From Macrostomum hystrix (lineage: Eukaryota; Animalia; Platyhelminthes): DNA of 64,000 nt. The stretch spans positions 744,001 to 808,000 of the forward strand of contig CATNEN010000029.1 in assembly GCA_950097015.1 (NCBI GenBank). Reading direction: 5' to 3'. Both the position numbers and the translations under genes were made by a program. Under the pieces are notes generated by a model. The model was given only the letters and a program-made list of their open reading frames with translations. It ran no database searches and had not been told where the DNA came from. Numbering within the stretch: the stretch's first letter is position 1; every line of letters starts with the position of its first letter. This document shows, in pieces, positions 49,671 through 64,000 of the stretch.

Positions 49671-50752
49671 TAGAGAGAAGAGAACAGCTGGTTCTGGGTG
49701 CATAGAGAGAAGAGAACAGCTGGTTCTGGGTGCATAGAGAGAAGAGAACAGCTGGTTCTGGGTGCATAGAGAGAAGAGAACAGCTGGTTCTGGGTGCATA
49801 GAGAGAAGAGAACAGCTGGTTCTGGGTGCATAGAGAGATGAGAACAGCTGGTTCTGGGTGCATAGAGAGAAGAGAACAGCTGGTTCTGGGTGTTTAGAGA
49901 GATGAGAACAGCTGGTTCTGGGTGCATAGAGAGAAGAGAACAGCTGGTTTTAGGTGAATAGTGAGATGATAACAGCTGGTTCTGGGTGCATAGAGAGAAG
50001 AGAACAGCTGGTTCTGGGTGCATAGAGACATGAGAACAGCTGGTTCTGGGTGCATAGAGAGAAGAGAACAGCTGGTTCTGGGTGCATAGAGACATGAGAA
50101 CAGCTGGTTCTGGGTGTTTAGAGAGAAGAGAACAGCTGGTTCTGGGTGCATAGAGAGATGAGAACAGCTGGTTCTGGGTGCATAGAGAGAAGAGAACAGC
50201 TGGTTTTAGGTGAATAGTGAGATGAGAACAGCTGGTTCTGGGTGCATAGAGAGATGAGAACAGCTGGTTCTGGGTGCATAGAGAGAAGAGAACAGCTGGT
50301 TTTAGGTGAATAGTGAGATGAGAACAGCTGGTTCTGGGTGCATAGAGAGATGAGAACAGCTGGTTCTGGGTGCATAGAGAGATGAGAACAGCTGGTTCTG
50401 GGTGCATAGAGAGAAGAGAACAGCTGGTTCTGGGTGCATAGAGAGAAGAGAACAGCTGTTTCTGGGTGCATAGAGAGATGAGAACAGCTGGTTCTGGGTG
50501 CATAGAGAGATGAGAACAGCTGGTTCTGGGTGCATAGAGAGATGAGAACAGCTGGTTCTGGGTGCATAGAGAGAAGAGAACAGCTGGTTCTGGGTGCATA
50601 GAGAGAAGAGAACAGCTGTTTCTGGGTGCATAGAGAGATGAGAACAGCTGGTTCTGGGTGCATAGAGAGATGAGAACAGCTGGTTCTGGGTGCATAGAGA
50701 GATGAGAACAGCTGGTTCTGGGTGCATAGTGAGATGAGAACAGCTGGTTCTA
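49671..50752. repeat. 32-bp minisatellite (AGAACAGCTGGTTCTGGGTGCATAGAGAGAAG)n upstream of SERCA
   Basis: About 33 tandem copies, each with CAGCTG. Confidence 0.97.
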
Positions 50753-51651
50753 GCTGTGCCTTATAAAAAATATTGGTAGCTGACCGCCACTTGGCAGTCT
50801 ATATTTAACCTCTTGCATTTATATTTATCCCAGCCCGGATGCACTGTCACGCAGATGTTGTTGTCGTTGCTGCATGTTTAGATCAGCGAACCGAACTGCC
50901 CGCCTGATTCGGGCAGATTGCTGACGTCAGCATCTAGCGCAGGAGTTCCTGCTGGATGCGTGTCCCAGCGGTGCTGCCAGATCATGTTCGGCCGGCCAGT
51001 TCCAGCTCTGCTTCCCTGCCTCCCCTTTCTAGAATGGGATCTTGATTGCCGGGCGCGCAGATTGAGAGGCCGCCCCGGCATAAGGTCAGGCAAGGCCCCT
51101 CCAATGCGCCAAAGCCCTCCCGCTGGCGTGGCATTTTGCTGCTAGACCTATGGGGCGCAGACCCAACATGCCGAAACTGCTACGGTGCGGCCTGGTGGAA
51201 TCGAGTGCTGTGGCTCGGCCTGCAGTCCAAGTATTGACTTATGCGCTCTTTCCTTCCCTTCCATTCGCATCCAGCTGCTCTCTTGGCCTCCCCAGTTCGT
51301 GTTCCCCTGGTCGTCGAGGTGCATTGGTGGAATGCTCGGAGGCGCATTACGAACCGCAGCCCAGCAGCCGCTCAGCTCGCGTCCATCTTACCTGCGTGTG
51401 CGCTTTTGCGTGGCCAACCCGCCGGTCCTGGGCCCAGCCAACCCCAGCCTCCGCGGCCATCGACCCGCCGGGCAACAAAGGCAACATCGAATAGCTGGCC
51501 AGGATAGCTGAGGTTAAAAAGGCCGCTTGTGACTGGCACTCGCTCTCTCTTTTGCACACGCGCGCACAAACACTGGCCGGTGTGAACAGCTAAGCGAGTG
51601 AGAGTGCGAGAGCCGACCTGCGACCCAACAGGACCAGAGCAAGCGCGAAGG

Positions 51652-60933
<9,282 letters not shown>

Positions 60934-62544
60934 ACGTGCTCGCTTGAGTATTCTCAAAGCGCAGCTTGTTGGTTCAGCAGTGCAAAATTATCTGTCCGAC
61001 AATGGAATTCTGCTCTAGTTTGTTAATTAAGTATCCATGAATAAATAAGAGTCTTCCTAGTGCATGTTCGTGTGCTATTAATATTGGCTTTGGCGTTACT
61101 TGTAGTCACAGTGGGACAAAACTAGCAAGTGTTGCGCCAGAGGTACATGTTGACTAACACTTGTGTAGGCCAATGCAGCTGTTTCACGGAAGCTAGACTG
61201 CTCACAGTTAATATTGTTTCGTGTGCTATTTGGTTTTCTGTATTTTTTATTAGACTAATTAAGTTGATTTACATAGTCGCTCATTTATGCCCCTTTAAGT
61301 AAAGTTATTATAAAGGTCAAACATTATAGCGACATTCTCCCTATAAATTCGCAAATGTCTTCATAAATTTTGTTTATAATTTTTAAACTCTTATTCCCTT
61401 GCCGTCGGGTCTCTCGTTTCGCTGCCTTGCGCTTTTGTACCTTTTGTCCTTGGCTCCGATCGCTTCTTATTGAAAGCGAAATTTCAGCTCTGTTCAGACT
61501 TACCCTCGACTTCTCTACTGTTAGTAGGTTGCCACGCATGCGTCCAAAATATTGATATGGCTTAATACGATGCATCGTATTCTTCGATGGTTTCATTTAA
61601 TTGCACGCGGGGGATTTACTATAAACTGTATTCTCGAACCATAGATACAATATCTTACTCGTAGAAAACAACACCTTAGACCAGTTGGACATTGATGTAC
61701 AGCCAGTGGCACAGCCGCAGCTATTGCGCAGAGATTCCAATGGCTGCGGACAACTGTTTCGTCTATGGACTGGAGAGGCCGCAACGACTGCGAAACTTTC
61801 TACCGCAGCTAACGCTTGTACCCAATTTACAGCTGGGTGAACTAAAGCACTAGGGAATTAAGTTTCTTGCTCAGTGACTGTTTCCCTTGGGCTGAGAGTC
61901 TAACTCCCGAAGAAGTTCGAAGCTCCAACCACTGGACTAGAAGCTAATTAATTTGTACTAAGCCATGATCAACGTACAGTCTTCTGTCAACTGTTTCCTG
62001 CTAATTTGTCCCTAGAAACGCTCAAATGTATGTGTTCAGCCGCTAACTCACTCTGATTCTTCAGCGGGGTAAACTATAAAGCTACTCTAGGAACTATTAG
62101 CTAGAGCACACAGGTTCAGTAGAAGGTTTCTTGTCACGGAATCCTTGCTGGCTCTGGTTTTGTTGCTCGACCGATTATGCTTGTACTTTAATTTATATTG
62201 TACCGTTCTGATTGAGCCCGCATATTTTGTCATCTCAGTTTCAAACTATTTGCTCTTAGCTCCTGTCATTAGCTTTTTAGAATTTGTCCATTCATTTATT
62301 GTCTTTGGTTTTCTGTTGCCGCGACCTTCAGTCTCTCTCTAGACTCAGCCTTAGACTCAGAAGCCACAAAAACACAAGCAAAAAAGGTTTATCAGAGCTG
62401 AATGTTTGCAAACTTTAAAATCAACAATTCGAGTATCAATAATAAAAATATTTAGTCATATTGCAAGAATTTAATTTATCAGTCACCGCTTTTGTATTTT
62501 AAGGCCTTGTTTCCAATTGGGAGATGAGGATGAGGTAGTTGGTT

Positions 62545-62780
62545 GAGGCGATGGGAGATGAGACGATGGGAGACGAGGCGATGGAAGATGAGGCGATGGG
62601 AGATGAGGCGATGGGAGATGAGGCGATGGGAGATGAGGCGATGGGAGATGAGGCGATGGGAGATGAGGCGATGGGAGATGAGGCGATGGGAGATGAGGCG
62701 ATGGGAGATAAGGCGATGGGAGATGAGACGATGGGAGATTAGGCGATGGGAGATCAGGCGATGGGAGATCAGGCGATGGA
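62545..62780. repeat. 15-bp minisatellite (GATGAGGCGATGGGA)n
   Basis: About 15 copies. Confidence 0.95.
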
Positions 62781-62915
62781 AGTTCGCTCCCCTCAACTTC
62801 CTCCGGAGGAGGAATTCAGCTCGTAAGGCCATATAAGTTTCAACGCTGAGTTGACAGTATTCTAGGAGGAGATATCGAAATGACAGACACACACACAGAC
62901 AAACAACACGTGAAA

Positions 62916-62985
62916 GGGGGCGAGTAGGTCAGCGGCTAGCGTCGCTGCCTCGCACTCCAATGGACGCTAGTTCGATTCTCCCTAC
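62916..62985 (+). mobile_element. tRNA-derived SINE head fragment
   Basis: A box-like TAGGTCAGCGG, B box-like GTTCGATTC, similar to the family A head. Confidence 0.5.
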
Positions 62986-63585
62986 AAGTCACGATTAATT
63001 TCGGGACTTGTTGGAGGGTTTGGACAGTAGCGACCGGCGGAGGTGCACCATATTTCGTGCAATTAAGCTTGAAATAATAGCTTCGCTCCTACCTTTCTGT
63101 GTGCCTGTTCTGCGTTGTGTGAGTTGTGTGCGTTGGAGCTGGGCGTGAGGCCTTGCGGGGGTGGCTGGGGCCGTGTGTCTGCTGACACTAGTGTTATTAG
63201 TGCATTCTATTGAATTAATGGACGGGTGTACACCGCCGCGTGCTTTCTGGATTTCCGTCAGCGCGATTGGATAAGCGTACACTCATCACCCGCCCACCCC
63301 CCCTGAGGACTGATTTCATATCAGCATTCCGCCCCGGCTTGGTCTGCTCTGTGCGTGTTGGGCTGGTGGGGGTGGGGGGCACTGCTGCCTATTCTGGGTG
63401 CCTCCTGCCCTCCCCGGCTGGTCTGTGCTGCTGTGTGTCGTGCCTGCTCAGGGGAGGCGGCGCGATGGGCGCTAAGCGCCTAGTTCGCCGGTCTGGGGGC
63501 GTGCCACTCCGTCGCTTGTGCGACAAGTGCCCCCTGCAAATAGATAGATAAGTAGAACAACACGTGAAAATTAGTATATTTAGAT

Positions 63586-64000
63586 GGGGGGTCAGTGGCA
63601 GAGCGGCTAACGCGTGTGCCCCACGTGAGCTCGATTCCGCGGCGAGGCCACATTCATTTGAATATGTCCTGAGTATGTATTGCTCTAAAATTCGTTAGAG
63701 CAATATGCTGAGTAAGTTATACATAAAAGAAGACAAGAAAACGTTTTTCTCAAAGCTGAAAAAGTAAATTATTATCTACGCTACGCGGAGAGAAGGCTTG
63801 GGGGCTTGTCCTGCAATTTACGCCCTTGAGGGCCGACCTCCAAGGTAGAAAGTGTACTCTGCTTGACGATGAGAAAGACATGGCAGATATGTACACACCT
63901 GTGTGAGCGTATGCCTGCGTACAGTATCTGTGTGCGTGTGTGCTCAGGAGTCAGCAAAATGGGCAGAATTGCCTCCTCGCTGGCTGTGGGTCTAGTGTCA
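63586..64000 (+). mobile_element. tRNA-headed SINE family A with an internal insertion, truncated by the window edge
   Basis: Head GGGGGTCAGTGGCAGAGCGG...CTCGATTCCGCGGCGAGGCCAC; body matches 24000-24150 and 3450-3600. Confidence 0.8.

Noticed and set aside
49681-50750. Glucocorticoid-response-element-like palindrome AGAACAgctGGTTCT in each unit
   Set aside because: The NR3C steroid receptors that read this element are not expected in a protostome; likely coincidental with the E-box-containing palindrome.
50878-51650. Multiple short GC-rich ORFs upstream of SERCA
   Set aside because: No motifs; best explained as the SERCA promoter/5' UTR CpG-rich region.
62145-62342. Hydrophobic + strand ORF as a SERCA2b-like 11th transmembrane exon
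   Set aside because: T-rich non-coding composition, no convincing phase-1 acceptor, and it lies beyond the AATAAA at 61040.

Overview
Eukaryotic (metazoan) genomic DNA with GC-rich spliced exons and minisatellite-filled introns and spacers. The style suggests a flatworm such as Macrostomum; this is inference, no database search was possible. Seven intron-containing genes can be reconstructed by hand from splice sites and reading-frame phase. (+) The 3' part of a divergent IP3-receptor/RyR-superfamily Ca2+ release channel (to 8286). (-) A co-oriented trio SLC35B2/PAPST1 -> cardiolipin synthase CRLS1 -> cytosolic 5'-nucleotidase III (37520 to 13581). (+) A co-oriented trio STK19 -> TMEM11 -> complete SERCA Ca2+-ATPase (43647 to 60933). 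Most long ORFs in the supplied track are artefacts of stop-free tandem repeats. Most notable: (1) the IP3R-like channel lacks the GGG of the GGGV/IGD selectivity filter; (2) SERCA carries two tandem 134-nt mutually exclusive exons for luminal loop L7-8/M8, plus a GC-AG intron; (3) CRLS1 has a mitochondrial-presequence-like N-terminus with no in-frame ATG, directly behind a splice acceptor, which a flatworm spliced leader ending in AUG would complete (MLSRLLCSHW...); (4) the two trios look like divergent trans-spliced operons separated by an almost CpG-free ~5 kb spacer that holds an inverted copy of part of STK19.
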